A stretch of 38,391 nt of DNA from Octopus sinensis (taxonomy: Eukaryota). The stretch is from NCBI RefSeq assembly GCF_006345805.1, contig NW_021835774.1, positions 1 through 38,391 on the forward strand, given 5' to 3'. The translations under genes and the position numbers were made by a program. Below the pieces are notes generated by a model. That model saw nothing but the letters and a program-made list of their open reading frames with translations, was not told the DNA's origin and ran no database searches. Positions 11,616-22,686 of this stretch are shown in pieces. The stretch's first letter is position 1. Each line of letters starts with the position of its first letter.

Positions 11616-13588
11616 AGACCTCACTGCACTTATTGAAGTAATGATGAGGGAATCTCTGAGTAGATGCACAAAATTACAATAATATTATAACATGAATAAG
11701 AGTGAAAATTTAGAATAATTAAAAGGATAAATGACTGAGGCTGGTTAATTATTTAGAAATGTCTTCTGTATAAATATGAATTCACCAAGTGCTGAGGAAA
11801 TGATAATATAGCTTGATGTCTCTTTTAATAACTTCAGCTTCTACAATAATGTATCGTCATTTAGTAAACATTATCGTTTCCTACAGTATCATTATTTTTA
11901 ATAAGCATTTTGATGTGTGTTCTATTAAGTCAGTTGATAATAATTTAACTATTGTTGTTTTATGCAGCTGATGTCTCTGAGTAATTTCTTTCCGTTATTT
12001 ATGCTTTTTAATTTAATCACTGCTTTATTCTGCCTAACTTTCAGTTGATTTTAGCCACTAGAACTAAACAAATTTCAATCCAATTTTTAAATTACAAAGG
12101 AACTCTTTGCCCTTTTCCATGACATTTTGATGCTTTTAACAGCCATTCCTTGTTCTCTTGTATTCCCAATATCCCTAAATCTAATCTGCCATATCACATT
12201 CAAATATCATAATAGACAATGGTTATATAAAACAACAGCTGTGATAAAATTTAAGCACTATACATAACAAAAGCTATATAAAACAATAGCTATATGAAAT
12301 GATTGTTATATAAAACAATATCTGGCGGCTATTTGCTCAGTTTTCTCTCAAATTCATTCAAAATTCAAGATAATTTGTTCATTTATGAAGGATTTTTTTT
12401 TCAATAATATTTTCTCAACAAACTTCTCTTCCCATAACTCAAAGTTCATATTCCACTGATATAATACACAGTATTTTGTTATCTTTTGATGCTGGCATTT
12501 ATTATACGTTAGTCGGTTCTGCCCAGGAAATAATATTGAATTGACTTGTTAAACTGTAAATAAATTTCCTCCCAGGAATCTAAGCACTGATGGAAACATT
12601 GAATACAGATTCCTGGCCATACATACTTTACACACAAACAATTCTTGTTAATCTTTATTGTGCACATGTACATATCCTTATTGAGAGATACATATTGTAA
12701 TATTGATCTTAACTCAAATGGAACTAAATAGGATAGCACAAAACTCCCCCAACTCACTATGTTCTCATCTTTAGCTCATCTTATATTTATAAATTACTGA
12801 TGCATGTTTAGATGGAGAATAAAAAAACATCTTAATATTTTAAGTAGTTTTCTCATGAATAAATTATTAACAAGGTTTGCTTTCTACAAAATACAGCTCT
12901 TACACATCAATAAAGATTGCTAATATTTTATAGGGATCTGAATGGAATACATTTCAGCCATCTGAGAGATAATTCCTTTATAGCAATATAACATGAAAAA
13001 AATGCTAAATGGCATATTAACTAAACATATCACAACAAATTACTTTCATTCTATTATTTTCTGAAGCTTACCGCAAATAACAGTTTTGGAAATGTAACAT
13101 TTTCTATTTGGTCAATCAGATCAGATCTAACAGCGTGTCAGATCAAACCTTGGGTCACTGCTATTTTCGGTTCAAACTTCAGATCAGTGTATTCTCAAGT
13201 CTTTTCTAACCTCAGGCCCGTTCTAACCTCGGGTCAGATATAACTTCAGGCAAGACTAGCTTCAGTCGAATAATTCTCTCACAACATTTATCTGAGTCTT
13301 TTCCTTTATTATTTTTAAACAAATTTTTTTTTTTTGGTATCCTTTATTTGAGAAAAAAGAGGAAAGAGCAGGTCAACCTAGATATGACTTAGAGTAATAT
13401 TGAAGATTAAGGTTTTAAAAGAAAAACCCTGAACAGAAAAAGAAGGAGGGTTGGGTTCTAGAGGATTCCTGGTCTGAAGTAAAAGGATTAGTAAAGCAAT
13501 TCAGTATGAGGATCATACGAGACATACAAAAGATGAGGTATGGAAGAGAAGGGTGTATCAAGTCAGTCTGGGCTCAGATACTACATAG

Positions 13589-13994
13589 TTTATTCTTTTA
13601 TTCTTTTACTTGTTTCAGTCATTTGACTGCGGCCATGCTGGAGCACCGCCTTTAGTCGAGCAAATCGACCCCGGGACTTATTCTTTGTAAGCCCAGTACT
13701 TATTTTATCGTTCTCTTTTGCCGAACCGCTAAGTGACGGGGACGTAAACACACCAGCATCGGTCGTCAAGCAATGCTAGGGGGACAAACACAGACACACA
13801 AACACACACACATATATATATATATATATACGACAGGCTTCTTTCAGTTTCCGTCTACCAAATCCACTCACAAGGCATTGGTCGGCTCGGGGCTATAGCA
13901 GAAGACACTTGCCCAAGATGCCACGCAGTGGGACTGAACCCGGAACCATGTGGTTGGTTAGCAAGCTACTTACCACACAGCCACTCCTGCGCCT
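13589..13994 (-). mobile_element. SINE family A, young full-length copy
   Basis: Near-identical to 34291-34703 and to the reverse complement of 19515-19920 and 30104-30500. Confidence 0.95.
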
Positions 13995-14678
13995 TTGTTA
14001 GCAAGTTATTATAATAATGTTAAAAAAGACAGACAGGAGACACAGAACATTGAGAGGGTAGGTGTTTACTCCATGTTGCTGAATGAGTGAATGTCTGAAG
14101 GCTTCTTTACCAGTCCAGTGGTTTTATTTTGGATAAAGTTAAAATGTACGGTGTTATCTGGAAAATTTCGCTATCCTAAATATTTGAACAATAATCTAAT
14201 GTGAGTTATATTTGCAGATGGGTTAGTAACTGCTTTCACAGCTACTGAAATATATTGTTGCTTTGGGGAAATTTCTAGTCTTTGCCCCGGTTATTTTTAG
14301 AAATGATTGATGGATATGAAAGGTCAACAGAAATAATGAAGTCTGGCATTTTGCAGGGAGTTTGAGGGTTTTAGTTGTGTATTATTTACAAATAGGGAGG
14401 CTGTAGTATTTCATGTTTCTTTGATATTTATAGTGGTTATATGACTCATCACACACACTCACCACAGCCTACTCTTGCAGGAATTCTCTAAATGGATTTA
14501 ATTATGCATATACATTCTTTGAACACGTGGATAACCAAATCAATAGAAACCATGTTATTTAATAAATAATGTGTGGTCTAGATTTATTAGTTAGTCGGGC
14601 AGGGTGGGGGACGATTATTGTGCAGTGAAGAAATGCACTTTCAGCGGGTTTTAACTCATATCTCTTTACTTTCAACAG

Positions 14679-14778
14679 TTTGATTTCATTTTTGACAACA
14701 TCCCTTTGTCTCCTGAACTAGACATGATTTTCTCGGCTCCCTTCTACCTAATAATTACATTAAAGGGGAATCAGACTG
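14679..14778 (+). CDS. Candidate upstream exon of the thyroglobulin-domain gene (FDFIFDNIPLSPELDMIFSAPFYLIITLKGNQT-G|)
   Basis: Strong acceptor (ttttaac branch-like motif, then atctctttactttcaacAG), GTATTG donor, and only one fully open frame. It ends in phase 1, so it joins the next exon in frame (G+AA = Glu). No homology recognised. Confidence 0.35.
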
Positions 14779-14843
14779 GTATTGATTCTAGATATATTTC
14801 ATGAAATGTGCAATTTGTGATTTTGAAAACTTTTTAGCTTTTT

Positions 14844-15110
14844 GTTAACATGTAGTGTACTATTAAATACCGTATAACGGGAAACTATAATTTATAGTAT
14901 ATTATCGTTTAACAAGTAATGTACAATTATTTAACATATATTATTCTAGTATTTGTATTATGTATCATTTATAGTGTATATTATGTATAGTGGGCTATCA
15001 TTTAAATTTATAGTGTACTAATATTTAACATGTAGTGTACTACCATTAAACATATCATGTGCTGTAATTTAACATGTAGCATACTATGATTTAACTATAT
15101 AACATCTCAC
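14844..15110. repeat. Degenerate minisatellite built on tttaacatgtagtgtacta-like units
   Basis: The motif recurs several times with irregular spacing in the intron before 15376. Confidence 0.7.
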
Positions 15111-15375
15111 AAGCCATGTAGCCTTCATTTAAATATACATTCTACAGCATTTTGTGAAAACATGATATTTATTTTATAAAATTATGCGCCTGTTTATTTC
15201 CTTATAATGTTCAAGTATTCGACCCAAGACACCAAAATACTTAAGCAAGCAACACAAAGGCTGTAACAGAACATTTCAATTCCGGGATCTCTCATCCAGA
15301 TCCTTCTGCTGCCATAATTCATTTCTGTATTATTTCAATCTTTCACTTCTGATTACTATCATTGTGTAATTCCAG

Positions 15376-15581
15376 AATGTGCCCGTGATCGGCTAAAATA
15401 TCTGAACATGATAAAGGAGAGACCAGACGAGAAAAACGACCGAATATTCCTGTGCGAACGTAATGGAAATTATGCTAAAGTGCAATGTACTGGTTCGGTG
15501 TGTTACTGCGTCGATGAACAAGGGAATGAATTGAGAAGTAGCACAGTTCACATTTCAGAGACTGGTTCAGTGAAGTGTTAA
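15376..15581 (+). CDS. Exon encoding a complete thyroglobulin type-1 domain (six Cys), at the C-terminus of a probably secreted protein
   Basis: ttccAG|AA TGT..., translating to CARDRLKYLNMIKERPDEKNDRIFLCERNGNYAKVQCTGSVCYCVDEQGNELRSSTVHISETGSVKC*. Motifs C...C..nGnY..vQC....CYCVD..G...C match the Thyroglobulin_1 pattern. TAA (15579-81) is followed immediately by GTAAGT. Confidence 0.9.
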
Positions 15582-16454
15582 GTAAGTACTGGTCTCTCTC
15601 TCTCTCTTTCCTTTCCTGCATCTCCCAATCAATATTTTGATAGTGAGATCTTTGCTCTGATATCTGCTACTACATCAATGGACCTCCATGCCTGTTCGTA
15701 CTGGCACCAAAACACATTTACACTGGCAAACATATACCCTACCCTCATAACACCTGTTTCTACCAATAAAAACAATAATTTTTTCAAAATAACACTTTTC
15801 TTTTTTTTTTTCTTTTTTGGTTATATTCTTGCTTAGTTATTCCATGTTTTTATATCACTTTCAAATAATTTCACTATTCAGTAGCAGTTGATTTTATCTG
15901 ACAAGTTTAAGTTAATTATATGCCATTCTGTAGCATCCAACTTGTCTAAAGTAATTTGATAAATCTATTAGCAGGGAATCAAGACATCATTTTACACGGA
16001 AGCCTTACAGACACAGCCTTCAGCACTCACATCAAAGCACACCAATTCCACCATGATAATAACTATCATCTATATAGAAATTTTCATTCAGTAGCCAACT
16101 ATTGTAGCAGCGGAAACACTCCAATTTCCAAACCATTGTTACCATAGATTCACATTTCGAGAGAGAAGTACTTCTAATGACCTTCTTCTTCGTGTACAAA
16201 CATTAAATAGCCTTCAGTGAACAAAGCCAGATATCAATATGTGATACTCAATATAGCCTGTATGGAAGATGCTTGCATTATATTTTATGATAATATTTAA
16301 CGAATTAATTTCTTTTGATGAATCCTTTTGGAAATTTATCTATCTAGTTAACAGAAATTATTTTCGGAAGCCTGTACACTCACACACACACACATACACA
16401 CACACACATACACACCACATACATATTAATTGAAGCATACAGTATTATATATCC

Positions 16455-16518
16455 ATTATAGCCAACAATTTATATGTATTGTATATATATATTATATATT
16501 TGTATATATTATATATAA

Positions 16519-16606
<88 letters not shown>

Positions 16607-16895
16607 ATATATACATAATATATTACTATTATAGTATATATATATATTATATATTATATATTATATATATATATAATATATACATAATATATAATATATA
16701 TAGTATATATATATATATATATTATTATTATATATATATATAATATATACATAATATATAATATATATAGTATATATTATATATATAGATATATATATAT
16801 ATATATATTATTATTATATATTATATATAATAATACATATATATAATATATATATTATATATATATAATATATAATTATATGATATATATATATT

Positions 16896-16991
<96 letters not shown>

Positions 16992-17020
16992 GCATATATA
17001 TATCTATACAATATGTATAT
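16455..17020. repeat. Long (TA)n-based complex satellite
   Basis: Directly visible; includes a repeated ataatatatacataatat block. Confidence 0.95.
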
Positions 17021-17143
17021 AATATGTACATGTATGTATGCATATGTTATACATAATCAGACTTTACAGAAAAAAAAGTGTTTCTGTATGTTAGCACTTA
17101 TACATATTAAGGCAAAATGTGTTTGGATATTGTAAAAAGATGT

Positions 17144-17177
<34 letters not shown>

Positions 17178-17333
17178 ATATATATAGATGAGTGCATTTT
17201 ACCTTGTTAACATATATATATATATGATGTATACATAAATATAAGTGTACTGTATAGAAATCTGTTTACGCACAGCTTATGCATTTTCTACATACAAATA
17301 GCTATTCATTTATATTAACAATGGTCTTTGCAG

Positions 17334-17515
17334 ATGGTTTTCGAAGAAGATATCATTCCATCTCCTCAAACAAACCATCTGCAGTTTTAGCTGGAACTAC
17401 TTCAATCAATATAGAAACTTTTCCAATTAACGAAAGTCACTCAAAATCAAAGTGAAGAAAACATTCCATCTAATGAGTGTCACTCAAAATAAACAAATAC
17501 CAAAATATTTTTAGA
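17334..17515 (+). other. Probable terminal exon (3' UTR, or alternative coding tail) of the thyroglobulin-domain gene
   Basis: Acceptor ggtctttgcAG at 17332-33, non-repetitive sequence, AATAAA at 17488-93. The 3' end is approximate. Confidence 0.5.
17488..17493 (+). terminator. Candidate polyadenylation signal AATAAA
   Basis: Canonical hexamer about 155 nt into the candidate last exon; such hexamers are common in AT-rich DNA. Confidence 0.4.
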
Positions 17516-17587
17516 ATTTTGCAGCCTGCATTTTGTATTTCTCAAGTTTTATGACAAGTATAATCCATGCTAAAGTTGGGAAGTTAA

Positions 17588-17953
17588 TCTGTATATATAA
17601 AAGTAAGGTTGTGTGCTGTCTGTCTCCTACGATTTAGAATCCTAACTACTCCCACATTTATATAGTCGTGATTCATATCGAGCCCTTCTGGGTATTAGCG
17701 CACGTCTACGATGAGTCTACGATTTAAAAAAAAATTTACCATCAATTTTTCTCATTTTAATGCATTTTTGGCATATATAAGGGAAGTAACTCTCTAAAAA
17801 TTTATTATTAAATCTCAGAACGTAAAAAGCTACAGAAACACCCCCACCTTTGTGGTTAACCATATTGAGATGGCTATTATACTTTACATCCCTAAAAATG
17901 CTTATATAGTTATATCCCTTACAAACCCGAGCAACGCCGGGCGATACTGCTAG
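17588..17953 (+). mobile_element. Non-autonomous Helitron (366 bp)
   Basis: A|TC 5' end (tctgtatatataaaag), subterminal hairpin cccgagcaacgccggg (17926-41), CTAG|T 3' end; inserted between A and T with no TSD. Confidence 0.85.
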
Positions 17954-17964
17954 TATTTTCTAAA

Positions 17965-18490
17965 GCAGAGTGAATAATAGCACATCAGACAAAATGCTCA
18001 GTGGTATTTCGTCCATCTTTACAATCATCATCATCATCCTCGTTTAACGTCCGTTTTCCGTGCTAGCATGGGTTGGACGGTTCGACCAGGGTCTGGGAAG
18101 CCAGCAGGCTGCACCAGGCTCCAGTCTGATCTGGCAGTGTTTCTACAGCTGGACGCCCTTCCTAACACCAACCACCCCGTAAGTGTGAGGCTGGCAGCGG
18201 CCACAATTGGTTGGTGCTTTTTATGTGCCACCAGCACAGAAGCCAGTCAAAGCAGCACTGGCATCGGCCACATTCAGATGGTGCTTTTTACGTGCCACCG
18301 GCACAGGTATCACAACTACAATTTCCATTTTATATTTATTTTGATGTTTCAAATTCCATGAAGGCTAACTTTGCCTTTCATCCTTTCCAGGTTGATAAAA
18401 TAAGTACCGGTTGAGCACTGGGGTCGATGTAACTGATTAAACTCCTTCCCTTGAAATTGCTGGCCTTGTGCCAAAATTTGACACCAATAT
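17965..18490 (+). mobile_element. SINE family C split by an inserted family D copy
   Basis: C 5' part 17965-18024 (aaaatgctcagtggtatttcgtcc) and C 3' part about 18346-18490 (ttcaaattcc...gcctttcatcc...aaaatttgacaccaat). Confidence 0.8.
18025..18345 (-). mobile_element. SINE family D nested in family C
   Basis: Same body as 9587-9953, starting with the (CAT)n tail. Confidence 0.9.
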
Positions 18491-18572
18491 TTTCTTAGAT
18501 GTAGGAGTGGCTGTGATAGGCTGGAAGGTCTACATGATCAGGGTTGACCTAAGGCTAAATAACAATAACAAT

Positions 18573-18869
18573 AACAGTAGTTTAGAGTAAAGAATTTTGC
18601 CATCATAACATGGCAGTCCTGGTTTAGGACGAATGTTGCTGTAATTTAGCCCCAGGAGATATCGTCCCCAGCTGGCCATACAACACGATCTGTATCCTTA
18701 TATTTTCGAACAAGGGGTACTAGATTACCTTGTTCAAAAATATAAGGACACAAATCGTGTTGTATAGCCAGCTGGGGACGATATCTCCTGGGGCTAAATT
18801 ACAGCAACATACATCCCAAACTAGGACTGCATGGTATGTTGGCAAAATTCTTTACTCCAAAGTACTGTT
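18573..18869. mobile_element. Fully palindromic foldback MITE (297 bp)
   Basis: The left half aacagtagtttagagtaaagaattttgcca...gaacaagg pairs with ccttgttc...ggcaaaattctttactccaaagtactgtt around a loop of about 12 nt (18716-27). Confidence 0.85.
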
Positions 18870-19425
18870 GCTGAAAATCTCTCGTTGTGAGATTTACAAA
18901 TAGTAATTTTCTAGCAGCAGTTTACCCATATATCAACACAGTAAGCTCTTAGTTGCAAGCTCATTTGCTAAGCTGTTGTGGGGAAACATTTATAAATTTG
19001 ATTTACTTCTGACTGATTTGAAAATGGCAAATGAAGAGACACACAGAAAAATTTAGCAATGCATGGATCCATGTATGTGGTTTGTCAAATGAAACTCTTT
19101 GAGTATTGGCAGAGTGAAATATTGTCTTTCAGTTAACCAAATTAACATCCGAAGGCTGCAACATGTATTACACAGTTATTGTATTTCATACACTTGACAC
19201 AACCCAATGCATGGAAATAAATGAATAACAATATGATGGATGGTGTAATAACAGTAATATAACCAAGAACAGACAATATAAAAATAATGCTGTATACTTG
19301 CTTAATCACTCCTTGAACAGAGTGGCACAGTAGAAGCTTGATAGGCCCCTAATCCAGAGGTCCAGAGATCAAAACTATGCCCTACAAAGAAACAAATTCT
19401 ATTTTTGATATTTATACATCACTCA

Positions 19426-20048
19426 GGGTAGCTAACTGGTTGAATGGTTAGCATGCTGGACAAAATGCTTAGTGGTGTTTTGTTCATCATTACATCTGAG
19501 TTCAAATTCCACCGAGGCGCAGGAGTGGCTGTGTGGTAAGTAGCTTGCTAACCAACCACATGGTTCCGGGTTCAGTCCCACTGCGTGGCATCTTGGGCAA
19601 GTGTCTTCTGCTATAGCCCCAGGCCGACCAATGCCTTGTGAGTGGATTTGGTAGACGGAAACTGAAAGAAGCCTGTCGTATATATGTATATATATATATG
19701 TGTGTGTGTGTTTGTGTGTCTGTGTTTGTCCCCTTAGCATTGCTTGACAACCGATGCTGGTGAGTTTATGTCTCCGTCACCTAGCGGTTCGGCAAAAGAG
19801 ACCGATAGAATAAGTACTGGGCTTACAAATAATAAGTGCCGGGGTCGAGTCTCGATTAAAGGCGGTGCTCCAGCATGGCCGCAGTCAAATGACTGAAACA
19901 AATAAAAGAGAGTAAAGAGAGAGGTCATTTTTGGCTTTTATCCTTTTGGGGTCGATAAAATAAGTACCAGCTGAGCACTGTGGTTAATGTAATTGACTTT
20001 GTCCCTTGCCCCAAATTACTAGCCTCATGCTAAAACTTGAAACCAATA
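19426..20048 (+). mobile_element. SINE family C split by an inserted family A copy
   Basis: C reads ...ttcaaattccaccg| [A element] |gaggtc...ggggtcgataaaataagtacc; the uninterrupted consensus is seen at 33041-33667. Confidence 0.85.
19515..19920 (+). mobile_element. SINE family A, young full-length copy nested in family C
   Basis: aggcgcaggagtggctgtgtggtaag ... gactgaaacaaataaaagagagtaaaga. Confidence 0.95.
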
Positions 20049-20085
20049 TTTATACATCACAGCTGAGTTGTCCACAAGCAATGCT

Positions 20086-20412
20086 GGCACTCCATCAATG
20101 ACGACAACGACAGGGGTTCTAGTTGATCAGATCAATGGAGCAGCCTGCTGTTGAAATAAACGTGCAAGGGACTGAGCATTCCACAGACACATGTACCCTT
20201 AACATAGTTCTCAGGGCAATTCAGGGCAATACACAAAATGTAACAAGGCTGGCCCTTTGAAATATAGGTACAACTCATTTTTTTTCCAGTAGAGTAGACT
20301 GCAGCAATGTGAAATAAAGTATCTTGCTCAAGGACGCAATACATGACTGGGAATTGAACTCTCGACCTTAAAGTCATGAGCTGAATACTCTAACCACTAA
20401 GCCATGCACCTT
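20086..20412 (-). mobile_element. SINE family E body with a B-type head/CORE block
   Basis: The 3' body matches 32527-32720; the head end matches family B (gtgaaataaagtatcttgctcaag...ctaaccactaagccatg). Confidence 0.8.
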
Positions 20413-21687
20413 CACTTGTCCACAAATATATCAACCATATATCTGTGTGATTATACGTACAGGAGTAGGTATATATCATATTGTGCTAAAGGGGTTTATG
20501 CAGGGTCAAGGGGTCACCAACTGACCAGGTTACATCAAAACCCAAGTAGCATAACGAGTAGAGACAATAATGACAATAAGACTTTTTACTTAGTATGTAG
20601 GACAAAGGACTCTCAGATCTGAATGGGATGTCATGAGATCTAAAATCAAAATTTTCATTTTCAGTTACCAGGTTGGTGCCATGAATACACCAAGTTTTGT
20701 CCAGCAGTCTGTCTTGATTGCCGACTTGTCTGTTCAGCTTGCGGCAATACTATACCATATCATGAACGTTCATCTTAAAAGTCAATTGAAGTCTGCATGC
20801 TTTTCATAGTTTGAAAGCAAATTTGTGCCAAGAACAACCACAGATGTTCAGAGAAAGCTACAGAGAACACACATCTTTACCTCTTGCCAAATAATGCCAA
20901 GTTTTCCTTCATTGAATCCAGCTAGAAATTAAAGGAATTCTTCTCCACAAATTCAGACCAACTCCTTCCAACTCCTTGGAGTTTACTAATACTTATTGTA
21001 CAAACTTGTGCCGAAGCTTGATCCTACTCTCTGACATTTTCTAGCAGCAGTTGTTAAAAGTTTATATTCAAATGTTCTGCTGTTCAGTAAATCTTATATT
21101 AAAAATGCACATTTATGATCACATCTGTTCATTATGGTATAACATGAAACCGAAGCAATAACTAACAACAACACACCACTGAACCAGAGACATTGGTGAC
21201 AACATATTTTTTCTGTGGGACAGAATCAAAATTCCTTCTCTACGTTTTACCAAATGTTAGCCAGCTACTACTGTATGCCTAACATCAGATGTTTCTGCTC
21301 AGAAACTGAATTTAACATTTGAGTCTGAAATAAGAAGATAAATAAATGAATGGTATGGTCATAGTTGGAATGTCATTGATCCAAAGGTGTCTATATACAG
21401 TCACTCAGTCTAATAGAAATAGCAGCCAAATCTTCAAAATTACACTACCATTTTAATAACACTAACACATTTTAGGACATGACCCTCAGTACACTGTAAA
21501 TGTTTGTGTGAATTTCTGAGATGAGAAATTATCCTAATTACCAGGGTGGTGCCCCAGCATGGCCACAATCCAATGACTAAAACAGGTAAAAGTAAAAAAT
21601 ACAATGGGATTCTGAAGATAGCCAGATATTGGGAAAGCCAAAATGTGGCTACTACAAGCAAAGTGAGAACACTAGTCCAAATATATT

Positions 21688-21940
21688 ATCATCATCACCA
21701 TCATCATCGTTATCATCATCATGTTGGCATGGGTTGGGTGGTGTGACCAGAGCTGAACCAGACTCCAGTCTGATTTGGCATGGTTTCTATGGATTGATGC
21801 CCTTCCTAACTCCAACAGAGTATGCTGGATGCTTTCTATGTGGCACCACATAGGCACTTTTACATGATGTCACACAGGTGCTTTTACATGATGCCACAGA
21901 GATGTTTTTTGCGTGGCACTGCGATGGGTGCTTGCACAAC
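21688..21940 (-). mobile_element. SINE family D, diverged
   Basis: (CAT)n tail, gatgcccttcctaac block, ttttacatg..gccac subrepeats. Confidence 0.75.
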
Positions 21941-22220
21941 CAGAAGGATCAGTCTTAACACCTCTACTGTGGGATAAAAATATGGAACACTTCATGAATT
22001 TGCATGTAATCCTTGCACAGGGGCCATGCTTATCTTCTCTGTATCATTCCAATTTTTATATATGCACTGCCAAAGCATGCACATTAGTGTATAATAATAA
22101 ATACACTGCAACTGATCACAAAAAAAGGTCAGGATGGTCACAGATGGCAAGCCTTTTCATTAAAAGTCTGCTTGTGGTTAAACAATCACAACAACATCAA
22201 CAACTCAAGTAAGTTTTCCT

Positions 22221-22453
22221 TGGCTGTGTGGTAAGAAGTTTGCTTCCCAACCACATTGTCCCGTGTTCAGTCCCACTGCATGGCACCTTGGGCAAGTGTC
22301 TTCTACAATAGCCTCAGGCTGGCCAGAACCTTGAGAGTGGATTTGGTAGAAGGAAACTGAAAGAAGCTCGACATGTGATTGTGTGTGTGCATGTGCATGT
22401 GGGTGTGCATGCATGCATGTGTGTGTGTGCGTGTGTGTGTGTGAGTGAGTATG

Positions 22454-22484
<31 letters not shown>

Positions 22485-22686
22485 TGTGTGTGTTTATCCC
22501 TCATGACCGCTTGACAATCAGTGTGGTGTGTTAACATCCGCCTAACTTAGAGGTTCAGCAAAAGTGACCAATAGACTAATTACCAGGCTTGGAAAAGCAA
22601 AAATAAATACCAAGGTCAATTCATTCAACTAAAAATTCTTCAAAGGTAGTGCCCCAGCATGGCCACAGTCTAATGACTTAAACAAA
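22221..22686 (+). mobile_element. SINE family A, diverged
   Basis: Head, internal (GT)n and ccccagcatggccacagtctaatgact tail. Confidence 0.85.

Noticed and set aside
11971-12048. Signal-peptide-like MSLSNFFPLFMLFNLITALFCLTFS*
   Set aside because: It terminates before any GT donor; hydrophobic frames are expected in T-rich DNA.
12509-12757. 82-aa minus-strand ORF with several Cys
   Set aside because: No recognisable pattern, no convincing splice sites, and AT-rich composition.
14522-14612. CACGTG E-box and GGGCAGGGTGGGGG GC-box as a promoter for the gene
   Set aside because: Short motifs with no TSS evidence; the strong acceptor at 14678 suggests this region is intronic.
21605-21657. CTGAAGA...GAAA-gcca/tggc-TA hammerhead-like string
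   Set aside because: Stem III pairs, but stem I has no complement and stem II lacks a closing pair; likely chance.
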